A DNA stretch of 64,000 nt from an uncultured Pseudomonadales bacterium (GCA_947494095.1 CANLTI010000023.1:123-64122), one strand, 5' to 3'. Positions 51,745 through 61,304 are shown, counted from the stretch's first letter. Notes: generated by a model from the sequence alone, not told the origin. Numbers and translations are program-made.

Positions 51745-52027
51745 TGACCTACTCCCTTTTTATATGCCAAAAAATCGTCATTTAATTGTATATATTTTAC
51801 ATCAATCTCGGATTAGTCGTTTTCCCCACGAGAAAGTGATCACACTTTGCCACGCAGACCTCTGTCGTCACCATCAGCAAAAGCCCGTCGCTACTACTTA
51901 TGTATATTCGGTATATAAAACCACATACACATAGCAACCCTTAGCTGATAGCATGTTTTTTAATCAAAAAGAGCAATAAATGCCAACAAGTGGCTTTATA
52001 AACCACCCAAACACGATTTAACGAGGT

Positions 52028-52381
52028 ATGACCATGGATTTCCAGTGGCCAACAACCAATGAGCTTTTTAGACTCGCCAAAGAAGACCCCAGTGCGCTCG
52101 AAGCGCTTCGCCAACGTGAGGTCGAGGCTTTAATTGCATCGGCACCTAGCGATATGCAGCGTCGCCTTCGCGGCTTACAGTTTCAAATAGATGCGAAGCG
52201 CCGTGCCAGCAAAACACCAATGGCCGCTTGTGTTGCCATATCCCAGATGATGTTTGATTCTGTTTATGAACTCAATGATGTACTCAATAAGCCATCAGAC
52301 CCACAAAAAACTCAACAGATACGAGATAGCAAACCAACTGCAGTCAGTGTTTTACGCTTTCCTCACACCGCCAGCACTTAA
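52028..52381 (+). CDS. DUF3135 family protein
   Basis: P...L..LAKEDP.ALEALRQ.....LI......Q.RLRGLQFQID pattern. Confidence 0.82.
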   Translation: MTMDFQWPTTNELFRLAKEDPSALEALRQREVEALIASAPSDMQRRLRGLQFQIDAKRRASKTPMAACVAISQMMFDSVYELNDVLNKPSDPQKTQQIRDSKPTAVSVLRFPHTAST

Positions 52382-52559
52382 CGTTAAAGCCTCGGGCGCT
52401 CACCAATCTACGGCACACATAGGCTTAAGCCTCTCTTTTGCATAAACAATAAAGCTCAAAATATCAAAATTCAGCCATCCACACCATGAAGTAAGGTAAA
52501 ATGCTCGCCCAATTCTTTACAAGCTGTAGCTCACTACTGCTTTCAACCAAGAGTACTCC

Positions 52560-53396
52560 ATGCGCCTGTTTGTCGATAACCTTACAAATGTAGATTTTAG
52601 TTATTTATGTCCTGCGCGCGGGCTATTGGGTGAAACATGGCTCGCCCATATTGAGCTTACTGGCGCTTTGGATGAGCAAGGTATGGTTTGCGATTTTGGT
52701 ATCGTAAAAAAACACCTGCGAGACTGGCTCGATACCGAACTTGATCATCGCCTACTAATCCCAACCGATTACTCAGGCTATAGCGCACTCGCTGGTACAA
52801 GTGAAGCCAATATCGCCTTCAGCTTAAATAACGGCGACAGCATTCAAATGCACTCTCCAGCCCAAGCGGTCACCTTAATAGAAACCCAGACAATCAACCC
52901 TGATACCGTTGCACGCTGGTGCGAGGCACAGTTAGCGGACACTTTTGGCAAAACAGTTGCCAATGTCAAGCTGAGCTTCACACCCGAGCCTATTAATACA
53001 CCGAACTACCATTACAGTCATGGGCTTAAAAAGCATCTAGGCAACTGCCAGCGTATTGCTCATGGTCACCGCTCTAAACTTTTAATCTGGCAAAATGACG
53101 AACTTAGCCCGCAACTTATGCAGCGCTGGGCTAATACATTTAAAGATATTTACATTGGCACCCAAGAAGATATTTGTGGCGAAACACAACACAACTGGGA
53201 GTTTAAGTATCAATCTCAACAAGGCCACTTTGCTCTCAGTTTACCCAAAACTCAGTGCTATATGATGCAAACCGATACTACTGTAGAGCTTATCGCAGAG
53301 CACATAGCCCACACGCTCAAGCAAGAGATGCCTAGTCAACGCTTTACCGTTAAGGCCTTTGAAGGGATTGGCAAGGGCGCTATTATCGAGCTTTGA
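52560..53396 (+). CDS. Double-domain 6-pyruvoyl-tetrahydropterin synthase / QueD-like T-fold protein
   Basis: DFGIVKKHL..WLD..LDHRLL in the first half; HYSHGLKKHLGNCQRIAHGHRS and DTTVELIA in the second. Confidence 0.8.
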   Translation: MRLFVDNLTNVDFSYLCPARGLLGETWLAHIELTGALDEQGMVCDFGIVKKHLRDWLDTELDHRLLIPTDYSGYSALAGTSEANIAFSLNNGDSIQMHSPAQAVTLIETQTINPDTVARWCEAQLADTFGKTVANVKLSFTPEPINTPNYHYSHGLKKHLGNCQRIAHGHRSKLLIWQNDELSPQLMQRWANTFKDIYIGTQEDICGETQHNWEFKYQSQQGHFALSLPKTQCYMMQTDTTVELIAEHIAHTLKQEMPSQRFTVKAFEGIGKGAIIEL

Positions 53397-53559
53397 TACG
53401 ACTGTAAATTAAGAGTGCTGAGGATTAACAGCCTCAGTCAACTCTCACCCTCTCTCAAAAAAGCGTGTCGCAAGCAATGAGCCCATAGAAGCTCGATCCA
53501 TCACAAACAAGAATAGGACCGGTCAATCACGTCGTGTACTCCATTTAGCTTGATTTAGG

Positions 53560-53860
53560 GTAACTATTCAGCTCAACTGACAAGCCTCACCTGATAGAGT
53601 GCTGATGGATTATTTTCTGGGCATTTACGCGCCGACCTTGCAGGGAAAGCAGAGGGTCGACAGTGCACTTGCATGGGGGTATGCAAGATTAGACTTTGCA
53701 CCTGCATAGGGATATGCAAGATTAGACTTTGCACCTGCATAGGGATATGCAAGATTAGACCTTGCAGGAGCACAAAGTCGAGGAGCACAAAGTCGCAGAT
53801 CGCTGAGCGGCCCAGTCAATGAGTCATTAGCGCCCAATTTTGGTACCTCTGAATAGTTAC
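53560..53860 (+). mobile_element. Complete 301-bp non-autonomous MITE with IS66-type ends and 8-bp target-site duplication
   Basis: 12-bp perfect TIR GTAACTATTCAG (53560-71) / CTGAATAGTTAC (53849-60); flanking direct repeat GATTTAGG (53552-59, 53861-68); internal 3x33-bp and 2x15-bp tandem units. Confidence 0.88.
53664..53762 (+). repeat. Three tandem 33-bp hairpin units (consensus TGCACCTGCATAGGGATATGCAAGATTAGACTT)
   Basis: Units at 53664-96, 53697-729 and 53730-62. Confidence 0.95.
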
Positions 53861-54012
53861 GATTTAGGGTTGTTTACCTTAAATGAAACAAAAGCATCGA
53901 GCTTCACCTCCCACTATCTTTGCTACACTTTAAAAACCACATCACAAATATGTGAATTTATTACCTCATAAGCTAACGCAATGAACAATAACGGCCGTTG
54001 AGAAGAGGTAAA

Positions 54013-54306
54013 GTGATAGATACACAGCCACACAAAAATTTAGTAGTCTCGATAGAGGCCATCACTATGCGTACTGGCCAGTGTTTTTATAAGATATATG
54101 GACATCTGAATTCTATGGAACTTGAAGCCCGCAACTCAAATTACCGAAAAGCATTTACTCTAGGTAGCCTTATTAGCCAAAAAATGCCGATAGTAGGGCG
54201 ACTAGATTCAAACAACCGTTTGTTTGTACACATTTTTTGTTATAGTGGTTCCCATATCAATGAGCGTAATCACTTGTTCGCAAAACCCCAGCTATCGCCT
54301 AACTAA
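54013..54306 (+). CDS. Hypothetical protein, about 97 aa (GTG start behind GAGG)
   Basis: Open frame with a plausible RBS; stop abuts the next ORF; no motif recognised. Confidence 0.4.
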   Translation: MIDTQPHKNLVVSIEAITMRTGQCFYKIYGHLNSMELEARNSNYRKAFTLGSLISQKMPIVGRLDSNNRLFVHIFCYSGSHINERNHLFAKPQLSPN

Positions 54307-54354
54307 ATGTTAATTAATATGATGCACCTATTGCTCAAACCACAGAAAATAAGC

Positions 54355-56046
54355 ATGAAGCGGATTCTCAGTCTTCTGGCGATATTCTCGATTCACTCTA
54401 TCCGCACACGTACTCTGTATATGGCTATCCTGAGTGGCATAATATCCATAAGCGCTCATGCCGAAGCCAACATGCCATTAAATGGCATAGGTACCTATAA
54501 TCATATGGGCAAAGATTATTATATGGTCGCCCATTACAGTACCCTCAGTTGTAATGAGGCAACGTTGTGTGAAGAACAAAATAGTCCTGCGCTTTACAGT
54601 TTAAAGGTTGTAACCTCACGCTGGACATCGCACAGCTTTAGCCTTGTATGGCAGCGAGAGTTGGCCACTAACAACGCGAAAGCCACTTTACCCAAAGAGG
54701 TTATGCCCGCCCTTATCAAGTTCACCCAGCTCGCCGAGACTCAATTAACCAAAGGCGATAATATTGATATTCTTTTTGATGGCAAAAACACACAAGTCAG
54801 CATTAATAGTGCGCATGCACTAACGGCGCCAGGCAAAAGCTTATTTAATTACCTTGCGCGCGTATGGGTTGGTCCAATCCCCCCATCACGGAAATTTAAA
54901 GCTGGCATGCTGACAGGCCATAATAGTGAACACAACGTAGCGCTAGTCGATAAATTTGAAGCATTAAACCCTGCCTCTGATCGCATGGCATTACTCGCCA
55001 CCTGGCAAAAACAAAAAGACAACAAACAATCAACCGCAGAGCTCGCCGAAGAAGGTACCGAAACTATTATAGCTGCAAGTAAGCCTGCCGCTCCCAGTAA
55101 AAAAATACCGGCGGTGGAGAACCCCGTAGTTGTCCTCAAGGCACCTAGCGTTAATGTCGCCGCAACACCTGCTGCTACCATTGCTGCCGCTACACTTAAA
55201 CCAAAAGCTGAAACCCGCGCAACAGTGGCCAGCACTAGAGATCAAGTGGCATTAGAGGGTAATGCGCCCAAAATAGAAGACACGATCGAACAGCCCGAGG
55301 CTGAAAAAGTTATCGTGCAAGAGCCTGCTCCAGCCAAACCTGTCGCCAGCAAACCCAAGCGCGCACCTACGCTCAGTACACAACAAAAAAACGCTTTATT
55401 AGAGTGGCAGGTCAATACAGCTATCTTTAAAAATGTGCAGTACCCCTCTTGGGCCAAGCAGTTTGGTCAAGAAGGCTCTGTGAGTGTATCATTCACACTC
55501 AACTCGACATTAGAAGCCGCAAATATAATTAGTATTACGCCAAAACAAGCCGGCTTATTGGGTGATGCAATTATAGAGGCCATACAAAAAAGTTTGCCGC
55601 TTAGTGCAAAACTACAGCCTTTATTACAAGATCAATCAAAAGTATTTACTTATCAACATACCTTCTCCTTATCAAAAAAATCAATAAGCCCGTCCGCACC
55701 AGCTTTATTACAAGATAATAGCTTGGTCAATTCTGCACGGGTACGCGCCTATTTCCCCAAACAAGGCGATCAATCGATTACCTCTTTGGATGATTTACGT
55801 AACTATTTAAAAGGAAATATTAAATACCCCTATTGGGCAAAAAGCCTAAACCTACGTGGCAAAGTAACCGCCGAGATTACTTTAGATGCGCAAGGTCTTA
55901 TTAAAAATATAAAAATAGTAAAAAGCTCTCGTCATGTAGAGTTCAACCAAGCCATTATTGATGGCGCGAAAGCCGCTGCACCATTTCCTATAATTTCAAC
56001 GGATGATAATGTAGTGTTTGAATACCAGCATACCTTTAAACCTTAA
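54355..56046 (+). CDS. Chalcone-isomerase-like domain + Ala/Pro/Lys linker + two TonB C-terminal domains (start uncertain, 54307-54355)
   Basis: LNGIGTY..YY..W....F......L..GD.I.I....G..LF......WVGPIPPSRKFKAGML (CHI-like fold); two YP.WAK..G.V motifs typical of TonB_C; AHA signal-peptidase site. Confidence 0.8.
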   Translation: MKRILSLLAIFSIHSIRTRTLYMAILSGIISISAHAEANMPLNGIGTYNHMGKDYYMVAHYSTLSCNEATLCEEQNSPALYSLKVVTSRWTSHSFSLVWQRELATNNAKATLPKEVMPALIKFTQLAETQLTKGDNIDILFDGKNTQVSINSAHALTAPGKSLFNYLARVWVGPIPPSRKFKAGMLTGHNSEHNVALVDKFEALNPASDRMALLATWQKQKDNKQSTAELAEEGTETIIAASKPAAPSKKIPAVENPVVVLKAPSVNVAATPAATIAAATLKPKAETRATVASTRDQVALEGNAPKIEDTIEQPEAEKVIVQEPAPAKPVASKPKRAPTLSTQQKNALLEWQVNTAIFKNVQYPSWAKQFGQEGSVSVSFTLNSTLEAANIISITPKQAGLLGDAIIEAIQKSLPLSAKLQPLLQDQSKVFTYQHTFSLSKKSISPSAPALLQDNSLVNSARVRAYFPKQGDQSITSLDDLRNYLKGNIKYPYWAKSLNLRGKVTAEITLDAQGLIKNIKIVKSSRHVEFNQAIIDGAKAAAPFPIISTDDNVVFEYQHTFKP

Positions 56047-56084
56047 ATAAAGCCCTTACCTTACCTTTACTCATAGGAGTTTCC

Positions 56085-57299
56085 ATGCGTTATCCTCCAC
56101 TATTACTGAGCGTTGCCTTATTGGCACCTGCCAGTTATGCAGACATTCAATTCAATGGCTTCTTAAGCGCCATTGGCGGTGTAGCCACTGACGAACCTAT
56201 CCGTGGCTACGAAAAAGATGCTACTTTCAAAAATGACACGCTATTTGGCCTTCAAGCCAGCGCCGATATTAGTGACAAGCTAAGTATGACTGGCCAGCTT
56301 GTAAGCCGAGGCGAAAACGATTACGCCACCGACCTTTCTTGGGGTTACATTGCGTATGAAGTCACAAGCAGCTTTCGTGTAAGAATGGGTAGATTCCGTA
56401 CCCCGTTTTACTTCTCTTCTGACTTTCTGGAAGTAGGTTATGCTTACCCAGGCATAGCGCCAGCTGATGAGGTTTACTCCATTCAGTTTAATAACATTGA
56501 AGGTATTGATATATTTTACAGTACTACATTGTTTGATACTGTAAATTTTGATGCGCAAGCTTACTATGGCTCAGTCAGTACTGACTTCACTCTATCTGAT
56601 ACAGGTCAAACTATTGATACAGAAACTCGAAACCATGTAGGTTTAGTAACCACCTTTGGCCTAGGCGACTTTGCGCTACGCTTAAGCGCTCACAATGCAA
56701 CGCTTGCGGTAAAAGACTTCTTGGATATAGCAATACCTGCACTTAAAGGGGGTACCATTAACCAATTTTTTGATGCCGCTCTTGACGCAACCCGAGGTCA
56801 AGGTTTTGATACTATTGTTGAGGGCATCAGAACTGAGATTTCAGCCATCGAAGAGACACGCGCAACATTTGTCTCTGCAGGCTTAAAGTATGATGGTGAG
56901 TATGTTTTTGGTGTATTAGAAGGTACCAACCTTACCTATGACGAAGGCCCTTCGGCCGAGCAACGACGTTACCTAGCAACCGCCGGTGTTAACATTGGTA
57001 GTGCGACTATTTTTACCACTTTTGCTAAAGCCGATGATGTCTATGTCGATCTCGCTGCGCCTATTAACTTGGCATCTACTCCACAGTTTGCAGACCAAGT
57101 TAAGACACTTAATGCTCTCAGTGAGCTACTAGGTGTAACCAGTGATACCATTTCATTTGGTATTCGATACGACTTTGAGCCTGGCGCAGCTTTAAAAATC
57201 CAATACGATTCGGTTACGACTCCCGACCCAGACCCAGCTAACCCTAATGATGACATCACCAATGGCCTGTTGCGCTTTGGTGTAGATCTTGTATTTTAA
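56085..57299 (+). CDS. Putative outer-membrane porin / beta-barrel
   Basis: Signal peptide ASYA, FNGFLS, FGLQ..LSMTGQL..LSWGYIAY..GRFRTPFY.SSDFLEVGYAYP, C-terminal Phe (VDLVF). Confidence 0.8.
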   Translation: MRYPPLLLSVALLAPASYADIQFNGFLSAIGGVATDEPIRGYEKDATFKNDTLFGLQASADISDKLSMTGQLVSRGENDYATDLSWGYIAYEVTSSFRVRMGRFRTPFYFSSDFLEVGYAYPGIAPADEVYSIQFNNIEGIDIFYSTTLFDTVNFDAQAYYGSVSTDFTLSDTGQTIDTETRNHVGLVTTFGLGDFALRLSAHNATLAVKDFLDIAIPALKGGTINQFFDAALDATRGQGFDTIVEGIRTEISAIEETRATFVSAGLKYDGEYVFGVLEGTNLTYDEGPSAEQRRYLATAGVNIGSATIFTTFAKADDVYVDLAAPINLASTPQFADQVKTLNALSELLGVTSDTISFGIRYDFEPGAALKIQYDSVTTPDPDPANPNDDITNGLLRFGVDLVF

Positions 57300-57308
57300 G
57301 GAGTTACA

Positions 57309-57776
57309 ATGAAACCGTTATTTCGTAAAGCCATCACAGGCTTAATACTCGCTAGCAGTTTTGCTGTAAGCCTCTGCTATGCAGACATTGTTGTTATTAG
57401 CCATCCGAGCATTACCGCTCAGAACCTAACCTCAGATGATATCCGTGAAATTTTCTTGGATAAATCAACTAAGTTTAGTAAGAAAAAAAAGTCAGAGCTC
57501 GTATTACTAGAACTAGATAGCAAAGCCGCTACGACCTTTTTCAAACAAGTGATGCGCATGACGCCCAGTAAATTTAAATCGCACTGGGCCAAGCAAATTT
57601 TCACAGGTAAAGGTAAAGCGCCAACTTACATCGCTAACCCACAAGAACTTATCGATCATGTCGCCAGCACCCCTTACGCTGTTGGCTTAGTCGATACCGG
57701 TAACGATAGTATTGATGGTGGTAACCAGCAAATACTTTTAGATGGCGTACGTACGCTGTATACCGTTAAAAAGTAA
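57309..57776 (+). CDS. Small periplasmic binding-protein-like protein (often labelled 'phosphate ABC substrate-binding')
   Basis: Signal peptide; IVVISHP..LT...IREIFL..FF......W....FTGKG..P...V..TP.AVG. Confidence 0.78.
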   Translation: MKPLFRKAITGLILASSFAVSLCYADIVVISHPSITAQNLTSDDIREIFLDKSTKFSKKKKSELVLLELDSKAATTFFKQVMRMTPSKFKSHWAKQIFTGKGKAPTYIANPQELIDHVASTPYAVGLVDTGNDSIDGGNQQILLDGVRTLYTVKK

Positions 57777-57810
57777 TACTGTTAAAAAGTAATACTGTTA
57801 ATATATAAAA

Positions 57811-57852
57811 CACTAAAAAGGCGCTAATGTTAATATTAGCGCCTTTTTAGTG
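57811..57852. terminator. Bidirectional intrinsic terminator
   Basis: CACTAAAAAGGCGCTAAT-GTTAAT-ATTAGCGCCTTTTTAGTG. Confidence 0.9.
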
Positions 57853-57967
57853 ATTCTAGCTTTTAGCTTTCAAAAACAATCGTTTACTCAAAGCGAGTAC
57901 CACAGTTATCAGTGATCCATCAGCTGCCTCTAAAACTCAACGTCCTCTAAACTCTACTACTTAACAT

Positions 57968-58414
57968 TTAAACTTGCTGCGCTTTTAACGCTTTAGCCTT
58001 AAGCCTTGCCGCTTTGATTTTAGCTCCTTTGGCCTTATTATCGCTTGACTCTGGTATTGACTCGGAACTGTCATTGCGAGCACCTCTTATTAACAGCCAC
58101 AATATTTGTAATATAACAGCAATAAAAGCACCCATAGCCATAGCTATTAACATTGGTATTCCTGCACGTGCAAAAGCCTCAGCCCCGTCAAATACACCTT
58201 CAGCCCCAGCAATAATCCAAGCAGGCGCTAAAAAAGCACTGCCATCGGCCGTTGGCCAAGGCATTGCCAGCATTGCTAGCATTGCCCCAAATAGAGCGGG
58301 CCTTAAATATTTTAACGGCAGCTTATAAATCAAGTACCACCAGCACCAAAGGCCAATAATGGCTCCGGCGCCATACGCTAACCAGCCATTAATATATTCA
58401 GATTCCGAAAACAT
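57968..58414 (-). CDS. Conserved hypothetical inner-membrane protein
   Basis: Three to four hydrophobic helices, PW...LAPAWII motif, basic tail; downstream of slyX. Confidence 0.75.
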   Translation of the reverse strand: MFSESEYINGWLAYGAGAIIGLWCWWYLIYKLPLKYLRPALFGAMLAMLAMPWPTADGSAFLAPAWIIAGAEGVFDGAEAFARAGIPMLIAMAMGAFIAVILQILWLLIRGARNDSSESIPESSDNKAKGAKIKAARLKAKALKAQQV

Positions 58415-58432
58415 AGTGATGTCCTCTCTCGA

Positions 58433-58648
58433 TTAATAATGTGGAGGTCTTTCATTTTTTTGAGTTGGAGAGACTTGATCTATTTCATGAGATAGATCCA
58501 TCAGCTTTTCACGCAATAATTTAATTTGCAATTTAGCCTCCCTTAACTCTCTATCATGCAATGCAATCTGATCACTTAATTTAGTCATCGCATCATCCTG
58601 AAAGCTCACTCGCAATTGCAAATCTGCAATATCATCGTTCATACCCAT
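58433..58648 (-). CDS. slyX: SlyX family protein
   Basis: IADLQLRVSFQDDAM.KL...; C-terminal NERPPHY. Confidence 0.93.
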   Translation of the reverse strand: MGMNDDIADLQLRVSFQDDAMTKLSDQIALHDRELREAKLQIKLLREKLMDLSHEIDQVSPTQKNERPPHY

Positions 58649-58656
58649 ACTCCTGG

Positions 58657-59172
58657 CTAGTTTTCGCCATCAACCCATTGCAATACATATTCTTGATAAT
58701 CATCTTCGGCAATGCCTTTTGCATGCTGAACCCTATCGGTGACCGACATGCCATGCTTATGCATTAAAGCTTTGTTACCAGCGCGCAAATGATGCCAGCG
58801 CGGTAAATCTTGCCCATTAGCCACGCGCTTATAAGAGCAGCTATTAGGCAGCCAAGGTAATGCATCGCGATAATTTCGCTTTGTAAGCTTTAAACACTCA
58901 GGGACTTTTGCAAATCGGTTAGCATAATCAGTGCATTCACATGTTTTAGTATTCAGCAAATTACACGACAAACTTGTGTAATAAAACTCATCGGTTTCAT
59001 CATCTTGAAGTTTATGTAAACAACACAATCCACAACCATCACATAAAGCCTCCCACTGTTCCTCATTTAAAGATTCAAGGCCATCATGCCACCATTGTTT
59101 ATCTTTGGTTTGTTGGTTAACGATGCTATTGGTTGATTTTTTTTTGATGGTTGCGCGCTTAGGTTTTATCAT
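58657..59172 (-). CDS. ycgN: YcgN (UPF0260) cysteine-cluster protein
   Basis: WEALCDGCGLCCLHKL, C.LL....C.C.DY.NRF..VPEC, WLP.SCSY. Confidence 0.93.
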   Translation of the reverse strand: MIKPKRATIKKKSTNSIVNQQTKDKQWWHDGLESLNEEQWEALCDGCGLCCLHKLQDDETDEFYYTSLSCNLLNTKTCECTDYANRFAKVPECLKLTKRNYRDALPWLPNSCSYKRVANGQDLPRWHHLRAGNKALMHKHGMSVTDRVQHAKGIAEDDYQEYVLQWVDGEN

Positions 59173-59471
59173 TGGTTAGCCATTTTATGGTTATGGCGGT
59201 TAATCTCTTGCATATAATCATCTTGCTTAGCCGGTGGTAATTGTAAATGAAAGCCTTTTTCATCTAATGATTCAAACACTTTTTGAATATCTTCTTTTGC
59301 GAGCTTACGCTCGGGTGTCAGCAATAAAGAAAATGCTAATTCAGGCACGCCAAACATTGTCAGTAAGGCTTCAGGCACATCACTCAAGCCTTTTGCTTTA
59401 GGCACATAAAGATATAACTCTTCTTTTTTTGTACTGCGATACACACTGCAGATTATTTTTTTATTTTGCAT
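59169..59471 (-). CDS. ycgL: YcgL domain protein
   Basis: CSVYRSTKKEELYLYV..VPEALL.MFG..KGFHLQLPP. Confidence 0.93.
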   Translation of the reverse strand: MQNKKIICSVYRSTKKEELYLYVPKAKGLSDVPEALLTMFGVPELAFSLLLTPERKLAKEDIQKVFESLDEKGFHLQLPPAKQDDYMQEINRHNHKMANQ

Positions 59472-59510
59472 ACATTCATTACTCAGAATATGAAAGCGGT
59501 ATTCAGCAAA

Positions 59511-60677
59511 CTAAACAGGAAGGTGTATGGACTTAAAAAACACCTGCCGCCACCCTTTAGTGCATTGCTGTAAAGCCTCTAAATATGTAACATCAGCGCT
59601 GAGGTTGCGAACAATGTCTTGATACACCATTTTTTTAACTAGTACTTCAGGCGCTATAGCATGCTGTAGTGCAAGTTCAGCAACCCACTCTCGTATTTTT
59701 TTGACTCTTTCGCGCTCAGGCTTTGTTAAAGGCGAATTAGAAGCAGTTACAGCCAACTGCATGTCTTCGGTTACCTCACTATTAACAATATCAAGAATAC
59801 TTTTACCAAATTTTCGAATTGCACTATCATGTAAACCAATAACCTTAAACTCTGAAAGCGTGGTAGGCATTCGCGACAAAGCCTCAAAGACTTGCGCATC
59901 TTTTATAATACGTGTCTTAGGGATATTTTTTTCTCTGGCTGTATTTTCTCGCCATTCAAATAGTTGCTTAGCCAGCACCAAGCCTTTAGCATCGAGGCGC
60001 CAAGTATTACTCGACTTATAAAAGCTACTGGCAGGATCTAAATTGGCTTGATAATTTGAAATGGCCGCATCACACTCTTCATACAGCCAACTTTCTCGAC
60101 CCAAATCTTGTAGTTTTTGTTCAAGTAATATTGCAAGCTCAAATAAGTAGTCTACATCGAGTGCCGCATAGTGCACCTGGCCATCACTTAACGGTCTTGC
60201 CAGCCAATTAGAGCGTGTTTCACCTTTGGGTAAAAGCGTGCCTAAGTATTCGTTCACTAAATTGCCATACCCAACACTGGCTCCAACACCTAATAACGCT
60301 GCTGCAATTTGAGTGTCAAATAATTTAACAGGCAGAGCACCCAGCAAATTATTAAAAACATCTAAATCTTCTGAGCAGGCATGGAAAGCTTTAATCACAT
60401 CAAGGCACGTCATGACACGCGTCAGCGGGCTCCAATCGGTAATGCAAAGGGGGTCAATCAAATAATTCGCTTGCCCATCATTCACTTGGATGACAGCAGC
60501 AATAGGGTAATAAGTATCGACCCGCATAAACTCGGTGTCGATAGCGAGAAGGCGGCATTCTAACCATTGTTCACAATAATGACTTAAGGCACCATTATCA
60601 GAGATATGTATTATAGGTTGTCGCAATAAGGACTCTGCACTTGACATTGTTTGCTCTCTTTTTGGCTTTATAGCCAT
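59511..60677 (-). CDS. rnd: Ribonuclease D
   Basis: AIDTEFMR..TYYP, HACSEDL, LFDTQIAA, SNW.ARPLS..Q.HYAALDV. Confidence 0.95.
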   Translation of the reverse strand: MAIKPKREQTMSSAESLLRQPIIHISDNGALSHYCEQWLECRLLAIDTEFMRVDTYYPIAAVIQVNDGQANYLIDPLCITDWSPLTRVMTCLDVIKAFHACSEDLDVFNNLLGALPVKLFDTQIAAALLGVGASVGYGNLVNEYLGTLLPKGETRSNWLARPLSDGQVHYAALDVDYLFELAILLEQKLQDLGRESWLYEECDAAISNYQANLDPASSFYKSSNTWRLDAKGLVLAKQLFEWRENTAREKNIPKTRIIKDAQVFEALSRMPTTLSEFKVIGLHDSAIRKFGKSILDIVNSEVTEDMQLAVTASNSPLTKPERERVKKIREWVAELALQHAIAPEVLVKKMVYQDIVRNLSADVTYLEALQQCTKGWRQVFFKSIHLPV

Positions 60678-60690
60678 ACATTTTTACTTT

Positions 60691-61284
60691 TTACAGTTCT
60701 CTTCGGCTGGCCAGTGCATGGGCTAAAGTGCCGCCATCGATATATTCTAATTCGCCACCTAAGGGTACACCGTGAGCAATTCTCGAGACTTTAATTTTAT
60801 TCTTTTTTGCCATTTCAGCAATGTAATGCGCCGTGGCTTCACCTTCCATTGTTGGGTTTGTTGCGACGATAATTTCTTGTAGTTCAGGCTCGAGCATTTT
60901 TTGTGCTAGTAGGTCTAATCCTAGCTCTTTAGGGCCAACACCATCAATAGGTGATAATTTACCCATTAAAACAAAATATTTACCCGAGTATGTGCCCGAC
61001 TGCTCTAAAGCAAAAACATCCGCTGGCATTTCTACCACGCAGATTATTGAGCTATCACGCTTTTGACTTTTACATAAACTGCATTGGCTTTCTTCTGTAA
61101 GGGTGCGGCACGTTGTGCATCGCCCTACCTTTTCGCACGCAAGCGTAAGGGCATCAGCAAGGCGTTTAGCGCCTGCTTGGTTGCGTTCTAATAGCTGCAA
61201 GGCCATACGCTGAGCAGATTTGGGGCCTACGCCGGGCAATATACGAAGTGACTCGATAAGCTGACTGATTAATGGGCTATACAC
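60691..61284 (-). CDS. recR: Recombination mediator RecR
   Basis: [15 protein letters not shown] zinc finger, [26 protein letters not shown]. Confidence 0.98.
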   Translation of the reverse strand: MYSPLISQLIESLRILPGVGPKSAQRMALQLLERNQAGAKRLADALTLACEKVGRCTTCRTLTEESQCSLCKSQKRDSSIICVVEMPADVFALEQSGTYSGKYFVLMGKLSPIDGVGPKELGLDLLAQKMLEPELQEIIVATNPTMEGEATAHYIAEMAKKNKIKVSRIAHGVPLGGELEYIDGGTLAHALASRREL

Positions 61285-61304
61285 AAAACATCCTATTTGA
61301 GTGG

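Noticed and set aside
51833-51848. Palindrome AAAGTG-ATCA-CACTTT between divergent nudL and DUF3135
   Set aside because: Does not fit CRP or FNR spacing. A single 6-bp-arm palindrome is not significant alone.
53664-53762. 33-bp hairpin repeats as a CRISPR array
   Set aside because: Units are directly adjacent with no unique spacers, there are no cas genes, and they lie inside a TIR/TSD-bounded element.
53573-53837. Track ORFs 53573-53788, 53625-53837, 5194-5469, 5198-5398 and 13600-13788 as genes
   Set aside because: They are translations of the repeat modules (AKSNLAYPYAG, SSAR.YAPA) with no convincing RBS or domain. Coding potential is unsupported.
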